A DNA stretch of 64,000 bases, from positions 17,920,001 to 17,984,000 of the forward strand of contig NC_086118.1 in the NCBI RefSeq assembly GCF_963921235.1, given 5' to 3'. Under the pieces are notes generated by a model. The model saw only the letters and a list, made by a program, of their open reading frames with translations, was not told the DNA's origin and did no database searches. Numbering within the stretch: the first letter of the stretch is position 1; every line of letters starts with the position of its first letter. The stretch is from Mobula hypostoma. Lineage: Eukaryota. The position numbers and the translations under genes are program-made. Shown here piece after piece: positions 11,172-23,200 of this stretch.

Positions 11172-13139
11172 GTTTAAAAAAGGCTTTAAAAGTAATCCGT
11201 ATAGGCTGGTAAGTTTGACGTTGGTAGTAGGTAAATTATTGGAAGGAGTACTAAGCGATAGGATCTACAAGTATTTGGATAGACGGGGACTTATTAGGGA
11301 GAGTCAACATGGCTTTGTGCAAGGTAGGTCATGTTTAACAAATCTATTAGAGTTTTTCGAGGAGGTTACCAGGAAAGTGGATGAAAGGAAGGTAGTGGAT
11401 GTTATCTACATGGACTTCAGTAAGGCCTTTGACAAGGTCCTGCATGGGAGGTTAGTTAGGAAGATTCAGTCACTAGGTATACATGGAGAGTTAGTAAATT
11501 GGATGAGACATTGGCTCAGTGGAAGAAGCCAGAGAGTGGTAGTAGAGAATTGCTTCTCTGAGTGGAGGCCTGTGACTAATGGTGTGCCACAGGGATCAGT
11601 GCTGGGTCCATTGTTATTTGTCATCTATATCAATGATCTGGATGATAATGTGGTAAATTGGATCAGCAAGTTTGCTGATGATACAAAGATTGGAGGTGTA
11701 GTAGACAGTGAGGAAGGTTTTCAGAGCCTGCAGAGGGACTTGGACCAGCTGGAAAAATGGGCTGAAAAATGGCAGATGGAGTTTAATACAGACAAGTGTG
11801 AGGTATTGCACTTTGGAAGGACAAACCAACGTAGAACATAGAGGGTTAATGGTAAGGCACTGAGGAGTGCAGTGGAACAGAGGTATCTGGGAATACAGAT
11901 ACAAAATTCCCAAAAAGTGGCGTCACAGGCAGATAGGGTCGTAAAGAGAGCTGTTGGTACATTGGCCTTTATAAATCAAAGTATTGAGTGTAAGTCTTGG
12001 AATGTTATGATGAGGTTGTATAAGGCATTGGTGAGGCCGAATTTGGAGTATTATGTGCAGTTATGGTCACCAAATTACAGGAAGGATATTAATGAGGTTG
12101 AAAGAGTGCAGAGAAGGTTTACAAGGATGTTGCCGGGACTTGAGAAACTCAGTTACAGAGAAAGGTTGAATAGGTTAGGACTTTATTCCCTGGAGCGCAG
12201 AAGGATGAGGGGAGATTTGATAGAGGTATGTAAAATCATGATGGGTATAGATAGAGTGAATGCAAGCAGGCTTTTTCCACTGAGGCAAGGGGAGAAAAAA
12301 AACAGAGGACATGGGTGAAAGGGGAAAAGTTTAAAGGGAACATTAGGGGGCTTCTTCACACAGAGAGTGGTGGGAGTGTGGAATGAGCTGCTAGATGAAG
12401 TGGTAAATGCGGGCTCACTTTTAACATTTACGAAAAACTTGGACAGGTACATGGATGAGGGGTGTATGGAGGGATATGGTCCAGGTGCAGGTCAGTGGGA
12501 CTAGGCAGAAAAATGGTTCTGCACAGCCAAGAAGGGCCAAAAGGCCTGTTTCTGTGTTGTAATATTCTATGCTTCTATGGTTCTCTAAGTTATATTAAAA
12601 GGGTAACTGGAGAGAGATTATGCCCTCTGAAAGAACATCAGAGTTGCCTACATGTGGAACCGCAGGAGCAGGCTGAGATTTTTAACATCTATTTCTCCTG
12701 AGTGTTTACTAAGGAGAATGTCATGCATGCTGAACAAATACAGATAATAAGTAGTGGTGTCTTGTAGCTCTGCAGCCTTCAGGGCGGTAAGGTGGGTCAT
12801 CCCCACCATCTGACCACGTGCACCTAAATCTCATGGGAGGCTAGGGAAGAATAGTGGAAGCCCTTGTAAAGGTATTTGCTTTGTACTTAGCCACTAGCAA
12901 AGATGCAGAAGGCTGGAGGGTGGCTAATGTTTTTCAATTGTTCATGAAGGGTAGCAAGTTCAGGCTAGTGAGCCTGAGTTTAGCTTTAGGGAAGTTAATG
13001 AGGAAATTCTAAGGGGCAAGTTCTGCCATCACTTGGATAATCAAGGCCTGATCGGGAAGAGACGGCATGATTTTGTGCCTCACACATTAAAGTTGCTGGT
13101 GAACGCAGCAGGCCAGGCAGCATCTCTGGGAAGAGGTAC

Positions 13140-13175
13140 AGTCGATGTTTCTGGCCGAGACCCTTCGTCAGGACT
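13140..13175 (-). ncRNA. Minimal type I hammerhead ribozyme motif, mutated (AUC triplet, stem III palindrome broken)
   Basis: Minus strand reads AGTC CTGACGA A GGGT CTCG GCCA GAAAC ATC GACT. Confidence 0.6.
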
Positions 13176-13701
13176 AACTGAAGGAAGAGCTAGTGAGAGA
13201 TTTGAAAATGGGAGGGGGAGGGGGAGATCCAAAATGATTGGAGAAGACAGGAGGGGGAGTAATGATTCCAATATGTCCATCCACGGCCTTCTCTACTGTA
13301 AAGATGAAGCCACACTCAGGTTGAAGGAACAACACCTTATATTCCATCTGGGTAGCCTCCAACCTGATGGCATGAACATTGACTTCTCTAACTTCCGCTA
13401 ATGCCCCACCTCCCCCTCGTACTCCATCCATTATTTATTTATAAATACACATTCTTTTTCTCTCTCTCTTCTTTTTCTCCCTCTGTCCCTCTGACTATAC
13501 CCCTTGCCCATCCTCTGGGTTTCCCCCCCTCCCCCTTTTCCTTCTCCCTGGGCCTCCTGTCCCATTATCCTCTCATATCCCTTTTGCCAATCAACTGTCC
13601 AGCTCTCGGCTCTATCCCTCCCCCTCCTGTCTTCTCCTATCAGTTTGAATCTCCCCCTCCCCCTCCCACTTTCAAATCTCTTACTAGCTCTTCCTTCAGT
13701 T

Positions 13702-13737
13702 AGTCCTGACGAAGGGTCTCGGCCTGAAACGTCGACT
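13702..13737 (+). ncRNA. Minimal type I hammerhead ribozyme motif, intact core
   Basis: AGTC CTGACGA A GGGT CTCG GCCT GAAAC GTC GACT: stem I AGUC/GACU, CUGANGA and GAAA boxes, palindromic ACGU stem III. Predicted cleavage after C13733. Confidence 0.82.
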
Positions 13738-14740
13738 GTACCTCTTCCTAGAGATGCTGCTGGCCTGCTGCGTTCACCAGCAACTTTGATGTGTGTTGCT
13801 TGAATTTCCAGCATCTGCAGAATTCCTCGTGTTTGCATGATTTTGTGCCTGGCAAGCCATCTATGATATATTTCTCGGCGTTCTTTTAAGAATTAACTAC
13901 GGGGAGAGATGAAGGTATGACAGTGGATGTTGTCTTGATAAGGTCTTTGAGAAGATCTCATATGGACCTGGAGCCCAGGTTTAGTGGAATTCCCCAGGGG
14001 TCGGTGTTTGGCTGTCTGCTATGCATTTTTATGTAAACAATTTGTGAATGTTAATTGCAATTTTGCTGATTATACTAAATGTGGGGGTCTTGTTGATAGT
14101 GAAGTAGATTAAAATGAATTGTAAAGAGATCCTGATCAGTTAGGAAGATGGTGAAGAGTGCCAGATAGATTTCAATATAGGAAAGTGTGAGGTGAAAGCA
14201 AGGTATTCGGCAAGTGGCAGGGCACCGATGAGTGTGTGAAAACAGGAGATATAGTAGTATAAGTGCATAGCTTGCTGAAAGTGGCCATGCAAGTAGGTAG
14301 GATAGTGAATAAAGTTTTTAGCATGCTGGCTGTCATCATCAAGTTTAGGAATAGAGACATTATGTTGCAGTAATAACAAGTTTGATGAGGCCAAACTCTG
14401 AGTACTGTGTACGTTTTTGGACAGCCTGTTACAGGAAAGACATTGTCAAGATAGAGAGGATGCAGGAGATACTTATGAGGATGCTGCCTGGACTAGACGG
14501 CCTAAGTTATTGGGAGAGGTTGTATCTTTATTCCTCCGAATACAGAGGGATGCAAGTTTGTAAAATCATGAGGGGAAAGAGTAAGTTGGACGGCCATGGT
14601 CTTTTCTCCAGGGTTACGAGTTCAAAACTAGAGAACACAGATACAAGATGATAAGAGACCAGAGAGATAATTTCTTTATGCACACACACAAAATGCTGGT
14701 GGAATGCAGCAGGCCAGGCAGCATCTATAGGAAGAAGTAC

Positions 14741-14776
14741 AGTCAACGTTTCGGGTCGAGACCCTTCGTCAGGACT
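14741..14776 (-). ncRNA. Minimal type I hammerhead ribozyme motif, intact core (GUU triplet)
   Basis: Minus strand reads AGTC CTGACGA A GGGT CTCG ACCC GAAAC GTT GACT, with a fully Watson-Crick stem II. Confidence 0.8.
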
Positions 14777-15287
14777 AACGGAAAAAGGAGATAGTAAGAG
14801 ATTTGAAAGTGGGGGGGGAGACCCGAAATGATAAGAGAAGACAGGAAGGGGAGGGATGAAGCTAAGAGCTGGGAAGTTGATTGGCAAAAGGGATACAAGG
14901 CTGGAGAAGGGGGAGTATCATGGGATGGAAGGCCGTGGAAGAAAGAAAGGGGGAGGGGAGCACCAGAGGAAGATGGAGAACAGGCAAGGAGTTATTGTGA
15001 GAGGGGAAAGAGAGAAGGGAAAAAAAAAATTAGGGATAGGGTAAGAAGGGGAGGAGGGGCATTAACGGAATTTAGAGAAATCAATGTTCATGCCATCAGG
15101 TTGTAGGCTACCCAGACGGAATATAAGGTGTTGTTCCTCCAACCGGAGTGTGTCTTCATCTTGACAGTAGAGAAGACCTTGGATGGGCATATTGGAATCA
15201 TTCCTTCCCCTCCTGTCTTCTCCAATCATTTTGGATCTCCTCCTCCCCCTCCTACTTTCAAATCTCTTACTATCTCTTTTTTCCATT

Positions 15288-15323
15288 AGTCCTGACGAAG
15301 GGTCTTGACCCAAAACGTCGACT
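15288..15323 (+). ncRNA. Hammerhead motif with G12->A core mutation (predicted inactive)
   Basis: AGTC CTGACGA A GGGT CTTG ACCC AAAAC GTC GACT. Confidence 0.6.
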
Positions 15324-15839
15324 GTACTTCTTCCTATAGATGCTGGCTGCCTGGCCTGCTGCGTTCTACCAGCATTTTGTGTGTGTAGCTTCAATTTCCA
15401 GCATCTGCAGATATTTGCGTTTTTAAGGTAACTTCTTTATATAAAGATTAGTGAATACCTGGAATAAGCTGTAAGAAGAACTGGTCAAAGTGAGTACAGT
15501 TGCAACATTTAACAGTTATTTGGTTAGGTACATGGAGGAGAAGGTTTTGGAAAGTTATGCACTGAACGCAAGCAACTGGGAATAACAGGAAGTGCTGTGA
15601 TTGGCACGGACCTTTGGGACCAAAAAGGCATATTTCTGTGTTGTACTACTGTATGATTCTATATCTTCCACAAAATCCAGCATATGCCCAGTTCTGAACA
15701 TGTCTATTTCCTTCTGCAAGGGTAACTGTGCAGAATTTTGCAGAGCTTTCGAAGCTTTTTCTTCTCCTGAAATTAATGTGCCATGCATATTATGATTGTA
15801 GTACATAGAGAGAAACCTAACTTGTGTGGCTTATTCATT

Positions 15840-16143
15840 CTATTTTACTGTCACATGAACCACTCTAGTCGTTCTCCTTTGACCTCTCTCATTAAAAAGG
15901 CATTTTCACCCACACAACCGAGACTCTGAGATGCTCAAACCAACCCATGTGGCACTAACAATTATTTCACAGCCAAAGTCACTTTCATCACATCCCTTCC
16001 CCATTTCGATAGTTGGTCTGAACAACAACTGAATCTTGCGACCATGTCTGCCTGCTTTTATGCATTGCATTGCTATTACATGATTGGCTGATTAAATATT
16101 TGCGTTAATGAGCAAGTGTACCGAATAAAGTGGCCACTGAATG
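15840..16143 (-). mobile_element. Partial Tc1-derived non-autonomous element
   Basis: One TIR (gtgtaccgaataaagtggccactgaatg-ta). Internal sequence is homologous to 6776-7812 and 19526-20212. Confidence 0.75.
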
Positions 16144-16233
16144 TATATCAACGTGACTTGTGTGACTTCCATTCTGTCTCCAGTCTTGTGTTTGTAAAGT
16201 CCCTTTGACCAAGAGGTTGTTATAAATTAACTT

Positions 16234-16923
16234 AAACACTGGAAATTCTGCAGATGTTGGAAATCCAAAGTAACACACGCAAAATGCTGGAGGAATTCAG
16301 CAGGTCAGGCAGATCCATGGAAATGAAAAGGTAGTTGATGAGTTGATGTTTCGGGCTGAGACCCTTCTTTCGGATTGGAAGGGAAGGGGAAGATGACAGA
16401 CTAAGAAGATGGGAGAGAGCAAGGAGGATAGGTAGAAGGTGATAGGTGAAGCTACATTGATAGAAAAGGTAAAGGGCTGGAGAGGAAGGAATCTGATAGG
16501 TGATGAGAATGAACTATAGAAGAAAGTGAAGTAGGAAGGGACCGAGGTGGAGGTGATTGGCGGGTGAGAAGAGGTAAGGGACCAGAGTGGGGAGCAGAAG
16601 AAAGGGGAAGGAAATTTTCATTGACTGGAGAGAGAAATGGATATTCATGCCATCAGGTTGGAGGCTACCCAGATGGAATATAAGGTGTTGCTCTCCATCC
16701 TGAGGGTGGCCTCATCATGGCGCAAGAGGAGGTTATGGACCAACATATAGGAAGGGAATAGGAACAGGAATTAAAATGTTTGGCCAACGGGATGTTCTGC
16801 TTTTGGTGGATAGAGCGGAGGTGCTCGTTGAAGTGGTCCCCCAATTTATGACTGTTCCCATCAATGTAGAGGAGGCAGTATTGGGAGCACCAGTCACAGT
16901 AGATGGCCCCAGCAGATTAGTTC
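16234..16923 (-). mobile_element. Older Penelope-like element (GIY-YIG remnant + pLTR)
   Basis: 10-bp TSD aaattaactt (16224-16233 / 16924-16933). Decayed EQHLIFHLGSLQPDGMNI on the minus strand and a degenerate hammerhead at about 16341-16376. Confidence 0.85.
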
Positions 16924-17191
16924 AAATTAACTTTCCATTTTATCACTCTGTATGAACTACGAACATACTTTTTAAAAAAAAGTAATGTGAGTAAATACAA
17001 AACTTTACTTCAGAAAGAAATTGTGCTGATTAAGAAACAGGCAGTGCAATATTTGAATGAACTCCACTGTGTTCCCTACATTAATTATCAGTTTTGATGA
17101 CCATTCAGTTCTGCTTTTCAAATAACTAACATCTCCACCATCCCCCTCTCCTTATTTCCTATTCATCCAATTCTTATCTCTACATATCCAG

Positions 17192-17334
17192 GTGAAATCC
17201 CTGACCTATTCCCTGACGATGAAGTGGAAAATATCATCAGTGGTGTACGGAATGAAGTCAAAGGACAAGGTTTGATGGACACTAGAGAGAACTGCTGGAA
17301 GTTCTTTATCGATCGTGTCAGGAAGCAACTGAAG
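17192..17334 (+). CDS. DNAH9: Dynein heavy chain exon, (G)[47 protein letters not shown]
   Basis: tccag acceptor, gtaatg donor. 143 nt completes the split Gly codon and gives the conserved LASGEIPDLF motif. Confidence 0.94.
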
Positions 17335-19525
17335 GTAATGTTGAAGCAAAGAAAGTGGTAATCTTTCCTCGAAATTGACTGGATGATTGAAAATAATGTT
17401 TGTTGATGATGTGGTGGTATTTGTAAATTATTGATTTGCCATTTAATTTGTTATTAAATGAAGAAACATTTTTGCAACTATTACATTGACTACCGGTAGA
17501 GGAATTCAAATTAAGTTGGACAACATGGCTTTTCATCTTTAGCCGAAGCCAAAAAATTCTTACTAGCAGGACGCATTGCTTTTGCAGAAAACTGCTAAAA
17601 TAAAATATAGCATTGCAGTAGAAATCTTAACCAGGGCGTTACATGTATCATTTGTATTTTCACAAATTTCTCATATAAAAGCATAGAAAGTAATTTGCTT
17701 TGCACATACAAAGACAGTTTAAGAAGCTTCCACCAAATAACACACGGGTTGATGCACAGCTCCATTATGGTAAATAGATTTAGTGAGTGGTGCTTCTTCA
17801 TAAGATTTAGAGATTTGCAGAGTAGGCTAAATTGTATATCACGCACATTATAAAATGGAATACAGGTTCAGTTTGGATTGTCAGTGTATCTGTTGGTGCA
17901 ATATTGATGTTCTATCTAATGGCATTATCAGGTTCATCGAAGGACACTTAAGTGGAAAACTGGATGACGTTTTATTCAATGGCTGTTGATAGAATAGCGT
18001 GAAATTTCCTAATTAGAATGCAGATTTGTTGCCATTCAACTCAGTACTAACAATAAAATGTATAATTCTTACTCAAACACACATGGGAATGGAGATCAGT
18101 AGTTTCTTCAGAGTTTCAATCTGACTGAGGATTCCAGTGGCATTAGCTGCAGTTGTGGAGGAAATTTGCCTGTTGTACCCTTTGGAGGCATGGCAATAAC
18201 TGCAAGAACAGGAGTTGAGTGGGAGTTAGTACTCTAAGAGGGAGTTTGTGCCCTATTGTTCCAGAAATTGAACAAGAGTGTTGTATCCCAGTATTTGAGA
18301 AAAATAGACTTGGCAAATGTATGTGCTGTGAAAATATGTGGTAGTGACAGAGGGATAGTGAGTAAAAGAGAAAAATGTCTGATATTTTGATAGTCCAAAA
18401 GGTATACACATTATATTAAAATAGAGACTCAACATTTGAATTTTATTTCAAGAGGATTTTGGAGCAGCATTTAACTCAGCAGTTGTTTGTTGATATCAAT
18501 GTGGGGTTAGTTTGGTTCACTAGCGGAAAACAGGTGCTGTGAATGTTTTAAAGTTATTTTCCCCAAACTAAAATGCATCACATTGTAAATATGTAATTAC
18601 TGAGAATTGACTTCTCACCTGAAAATCTACTGAAGTAAATTAATCCATTGTAATTAGTAGAAATTCATGTAATCATTTGGAATGTAGATTCAATGATGAC
18701 TTTGTAACATCAAAAAAAAATTGATCAAACAGCCTGGCGCAGACACCAAATATGAGAATCAGAGAGAGCTGAAGTATTTTTTGTGCTGGGGCGGGTAGAA
18801 TGAAACTTATGCTTAGTTGCAGAAGAAGCTGCAGTACATATTGTTTATATTAGGTAAAGCCAGCTTAATTCAGTAAATCCTCACCCATGGAATCTGCTCA
18901 AGTTCAGAGCAGATTTGCTAGATAAATTAGCACAGTGCTTCTCTGCTCTCAGGAAATCCTACAGATTAGGAACCCACAAATGTCACGGATTGCAAGACTT
19001 GAGTGGTGGCTAGCAATAATGTAATGTAATCAGAATTATTGGTCCATCCATGACAGATGTAAAAAACCAAGTTTATATTATCCTTTTAACATTCCATATC
19101 CATTCTGATCAGATTTGTCATAGAGGATAGAAGAATGGTTTGAATTTAGTTACTTGACTGCAAATTTCAAAGACAAAAGAAGAGAATTAGCTGGATATTT
19201 GGAAAATAAAAGTTGCTCAGTCTATTTTTGTACTTAGCAAATGTTCTCCATTGAGGATGTTATCTGCTGGATAATGCCAGCTGTGTTTTACCATCCATGT
19301 GTGAATAACAAATTTCAACACTGCTAGTAGCATGACAGCAAACAAAATAGATTGGGCTTTCTATTAAAGTTGTAAAGTCTCTTAAATTCTTAATTTTATT
19401 TAATCATCAAGTATACTGGGATTTTATCTCCCAAATGAAAAAACAGCTGCGATAAATTTTATATTCAGCTTTAGAACAAAGAAAAGAAACTACTGCCTGT
19501 TTCATTCATTATCAATCACTATGTG

Positions 19526-20212
19526 CACTCAGTGGCTGCTTTATTAGGTATGTCCTGCACAGAATGAACTGGCTACTGAGTGTACGGTCGAGGCCTTTGC
19601 CACTGCCCTCCATCCATGGTACTGTTGTAACGTGAGGTTATTTGAGCTACTGTCACATACATGTCAGCTTGAACCAGAGGAAAACATACAAAATCTGGAG
19701 GAACTCAGCAGGTTAGGCAGTATCTATGGAGGAGAATAAATACTTGAACCAGTCTCGCCATTTTCCTCTGACATCTTTCAATTACAAGGTGTTTTCACTC
19801 ACCAAACTGCTGCTCACTGGATGTTTTCTGCTCTTCACACCATTCTCGATAAACTCTAGAGCAGGGGTTCACAACCTGGAGTCCACTGACCCCTTGCTTA
19901 ATGATGTTGGTTCATGGCATAGAAAAGGTTGGAAACCCCTGCTCTGGAGATTGTTGTGTGTGAAAATCCCAGGAGATCAGCAGCTTCTGAGATACTCAAA
20001 CTACTCCCTCTGTCATCAACAATCATTCCATAATCAAAGTCACTTTGATCACACTTATTCCCCATTCTGATGTTTGGTCTGAACAATAACTGAACTTCTT
20101 GACCATGTCTATATGCTTTTATGCATTGACTTGCTGCCACATGATTGACTGATGAGGTATTTGCATTAACGAGCAGGTGTACAGGTGTACCAAATAATGT
20201 GGTCACTGAGCA
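19526..20212 (-). mobile_element. Tc1-derived non-autonomous element with two nested mini-insertions
   Basis: TIRs cactcagtggctgctttattagg / ccaaataatgtggtcactgag and HTH remnant LSISEAADLLGFSHTTISR. Contains a PLE fragment 19678-19742 with TSD cttgaaccag (19668-19677 / 19743-19752). Confidence 0.85.
19862..19941. mobile_element. 80-bp hAT (Charlie-like) MITE
   Basis: TIRs caggggttcacaacct / aggttggaaacccctg; 8-bp TSD ctctagag / ctctggag, the typical Charlie target. Confidence 0.88.
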
Positions 20213-23200
20213 TACATTTACACGTGTTAGGGAATTGCTGTAGCGTGATGGTGCAACATGCAACATCTTGATGATGAGTATCCACAGTGACAACCTTTGC
20301 TAACCACCAATTTCAGTCATAAATGACTGCAAGCCAATCTTCACAATTAATGACACCAGCAGATATATTTGTCATAGTCCCGTCAGGACCACTCTGGGGT
20401 TCCTGCTCCATTTCCTCCATCAGCATTGCCAAAGGCCCTCTGTTCTTTCCCATTGTGGTAGGGCCATCTCTGAGGACTGGTTCCATGTGAGTCCAAATGG
20501 CAGAAGCATCCTGTCGCTTGGATTCTGATATTGTACAAAATCCTGCTTTCTCTTCTTTTGTGTAGTACATGCCAGTGTGCAGATTGAGCTGTGGGAGGTT
20601 CTGACCAAAACGACATGACTATATCAAAACTATATTTGCATTTCCATGCCTCAGAAAAGTCCACATGCACAATTACAGTGCTTTCATAGTAGTTCTGTAT
20701 CATGCTCCTGTATTCCCTGGACTGGTTCTGAACCAAGCACACAGGTGTTGTTGTTTCATTCTTTAGTTTGTCTTCATACAGTTCGATGAGCTCTGCCAGT
20801 GTGCCATTGTGCTTCACAAGTCTTGTACTGTAGTGAATTCCATCTGCTGTTTGGTCCTGAACTCGTTCCCATTGCTGCCACTCAACATCGGACAACTCTT
20901 GCTGTGGGGTGGGAAGTGTGTGCTTGTGGAGACACCGGGTGCAGGACCGCAGAAGACATGCCTCGCTTGTCTGAGAACAACACACAAGTTCAAAACTGTC
21001 CTCAAATTTGCTGGACTTGACAATACCATACGCTCTTAGGACCTCAAACATCAGCTTTGCATTTTCGTGGTGTTGGCGTTGGCGTGTCTTTCATAGAAAC
21101 ATAGTAAACCTACAGTACAATACAAGAGTATTACCATTAATACTGTATTCTGCCATCATATGTGACCTACCAAAATGAACCTCTTCACACTTATCTGGGT
21201 TGAACTCCACCTGCCACTTCTCAGCCCAGTTTTGCATCCTATCAATGTCCCGCTGTAACCTCTGACAGCCCTCCACACTATCCACAACACCTCCAACCTT
21301 TGTGTCATCCGCAAACTTACTAACCCATCCCTCCACTTCCTCATCCAGATCATTTATAAAATGATCTGAATCCTAGAATCTTTCAATCAGATGGTTTTGG
21401 TGCTGTGACATAGAATGGACGTAAAGCAGAGAAGGATGAATAACTAAGTTTTACAGTTGATTCCTTTTTGAAGAACTCCCTGTGGAGGTTGAATACTGTG
21501 TCGGTCAGAATCATTCTCTGATGCTTTATTTTCTTCCATGTTATCGTGTCCTGTTTGTCATTCGTCATTCGTGCAGCATTATGGTGGAAATCTTGAACCA
21601 TCTGGGTTATTGTTTGAATGTAAGTGGGTTTTTTGTCAGTAGTGCTTCTCTTTCGCAGTGTGTTGTATGTCAGCCCGAACTGCTTTGTCTGGTGTATTAG
21701 GCGATATTTCTTTAGAACCCTGCCTGACAAAGTCAAGTTCTTGGTGATTTTTGAGCAGACTTGAGGGGCAACTGTATATTATGTTTGTTTTGATTAAATT
21801 CTTGAATGAGACAGTTGTGGAAGAGCGGGGTTTTCTTCATGGAGAGGTTTTTGAATTTGCTTCCCTGTAGCATCTGCTCTTTTTTTTTTGGTTTCTTGTG
21901 TTTTTTTATTTCTAGTTTGCTCATGTCGCCAACGCTTTTTCAGTTTGTTTCTATCTTTTATTATCTCTTGAAGTTTATTGTTCAAAGCTTTCATCTCTCT
22001 CAAGTATCTTGCTCTTGTTTTCTTTCTTTCCCTTTCCCCTGCTATAGACTGCCCACTGTGAGCTGGCTCCTGTATAGTCTGATCCAATGGACTATCTGGG
22101 GGAGTTTCTGGGTGTTCTGGGCCCTTTCTCTTACGCTCTCTTGACTCTTGCTGTCTACGTTTCCACGCCCTTCTCTTACTCCTCTTTTCCCTTTCATTCC
22201 AATCACTGATAGTTTTTATCTTCCCATCCTCTACTCTTTTCTTCGATCTTCGCTTTTCCTGTCTCAGGTATTCCTCCTCTAACTCTGGCTCACTATATAT
22301 TTTCTCTCTCCACTTTTTTTGGTATTTCCTGTTTCTTCTCCTTCACTCCTCCACTGATAGCTGCTGCCTAGCCATAACTTTCAAAAATACATAAAAGGAA
22401 GGTCAGAATTTAATGGAATTACTGAGAAATTGTGCAAAATTACTACGAACTTAATTATGTTTCATTTGGTGAAATTTTATAAAAATCATTATGAAATGGT
22501 GCAACTAAATTCATTTATGGTTTTAGTCATTGGGGATACATATAGTAAGGAAATATTGTAGGACTGTGTGTGGAAGACATAAAGGGGAAATTATGTATAT
22601 TATAAATAAAGAGGTTAATGAAACATTACAGGCTATATTTCTATTTATTGTAATTATAAATTATATTCAAGCCTCCATTGAGGATGATTTGGATGTTTTT
22701 GTCAACACCGTCAATTTATGTGTCACCACCATCAGACAGAAAACCTGACTGTGTTGATGTCTGACGGTGGTGATAAAACACAATTTTTTTACATGACATG
22801 CATGAGTTGTATACAGGAGCCATCTTGTTTTCCCTCTGTTGCTAGCTGCCTCTGGCCTCTACTTAAAATGCATAAATTTATGTCATAATTTAAAATAATT
22901 CTTTCTATACAAAAGAGACAGTGTTGACATGTCATGGTTGTGACAGTAGCAACATCAATAAATATGTAAAAAGTTAATGAAAAAATAGCAAACTTACAGG
23001 AGCTTGTTTGATCTTATTGCACTTAGCAGATGTGGAGGGTGGAAAGGGGGTTCTCAGGAATATAGACCATGTGGTTGTCTGATTTTATTGCTTTTTTATA
23101 AATATCTGACAGTGTTGACAAAAAGTTGGGACACATTTTGAGCAACTACAAAATAAGAGTAAATATTGTTGAAAATTCACTGCTTTTAGTTTTAAAGAGA

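Larger units (their letters stand above)
8021..12585 (+). mobile_element. CR1 LINE ORF2 (APE + RT), interrupted by Tigger and a second CR1 tail
   Basis: GGWVALLV, YYRPPN, GDFNFPHIDW, QHGFVQGRSCLTNL, DFSKAFDKV, GVPQGSVLGP, FADDTK; (CTATGGTT)-like tail at about 12567-12584. Confidence 0.95.
13081..13834 (+). mobile_element. Fold-back Penelope-like element (inverted pLTR arm + GIY-YIG C-terminus + pLTR)
   Basis: 16-bp TSD gcatgattttgtgcct (13065-13080 / 13835-13850). Arm 13081-13259 is inverted relative to 13618-13795. ORF end ...LKEQHLIFHLGSLQPDGMNIDFSNFR. Confidence 0.92.
14681..15420 (-). mobile_element. Fold-back Penelope-like element, mirror orientation to 13081-13834
   Basis: GIY-YIG C-terminus on the minus strand (LEEQHLIFRLGSLQPDGMNIDFSKFR) and pLTR sequence at both ends. 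Degenerate TSD gataatttctttat (14666-14679) / ggtaacttctttat (15427-15440). Confidence 0.9.
12586..15660 (+). mobile_element. Older decayed CR1 ORF2, host of two Penelope insertions
   Basis: Degenerate HDFV, PQGSV, FADYTK and RPNSEYCVRFW motifs; tgattcta tail at about 15653-15661. Confidence 0.75.

Noticed and set aside
11110..11841. 243-aa RT ORF as a functional or domesticated gene
   Set aside because: Its N-terminus comes from a nested CR1 3'UTR, and the surrounding ORF2 has stops and insertions. It is a decayed LINE.
17335..19500. Repeat-poor AT-rich intronic stretch as a possible enhancer
   Set aside because: No motif or conservation evidence is visible from the sequence alone; a cross-species alignment would be needed.
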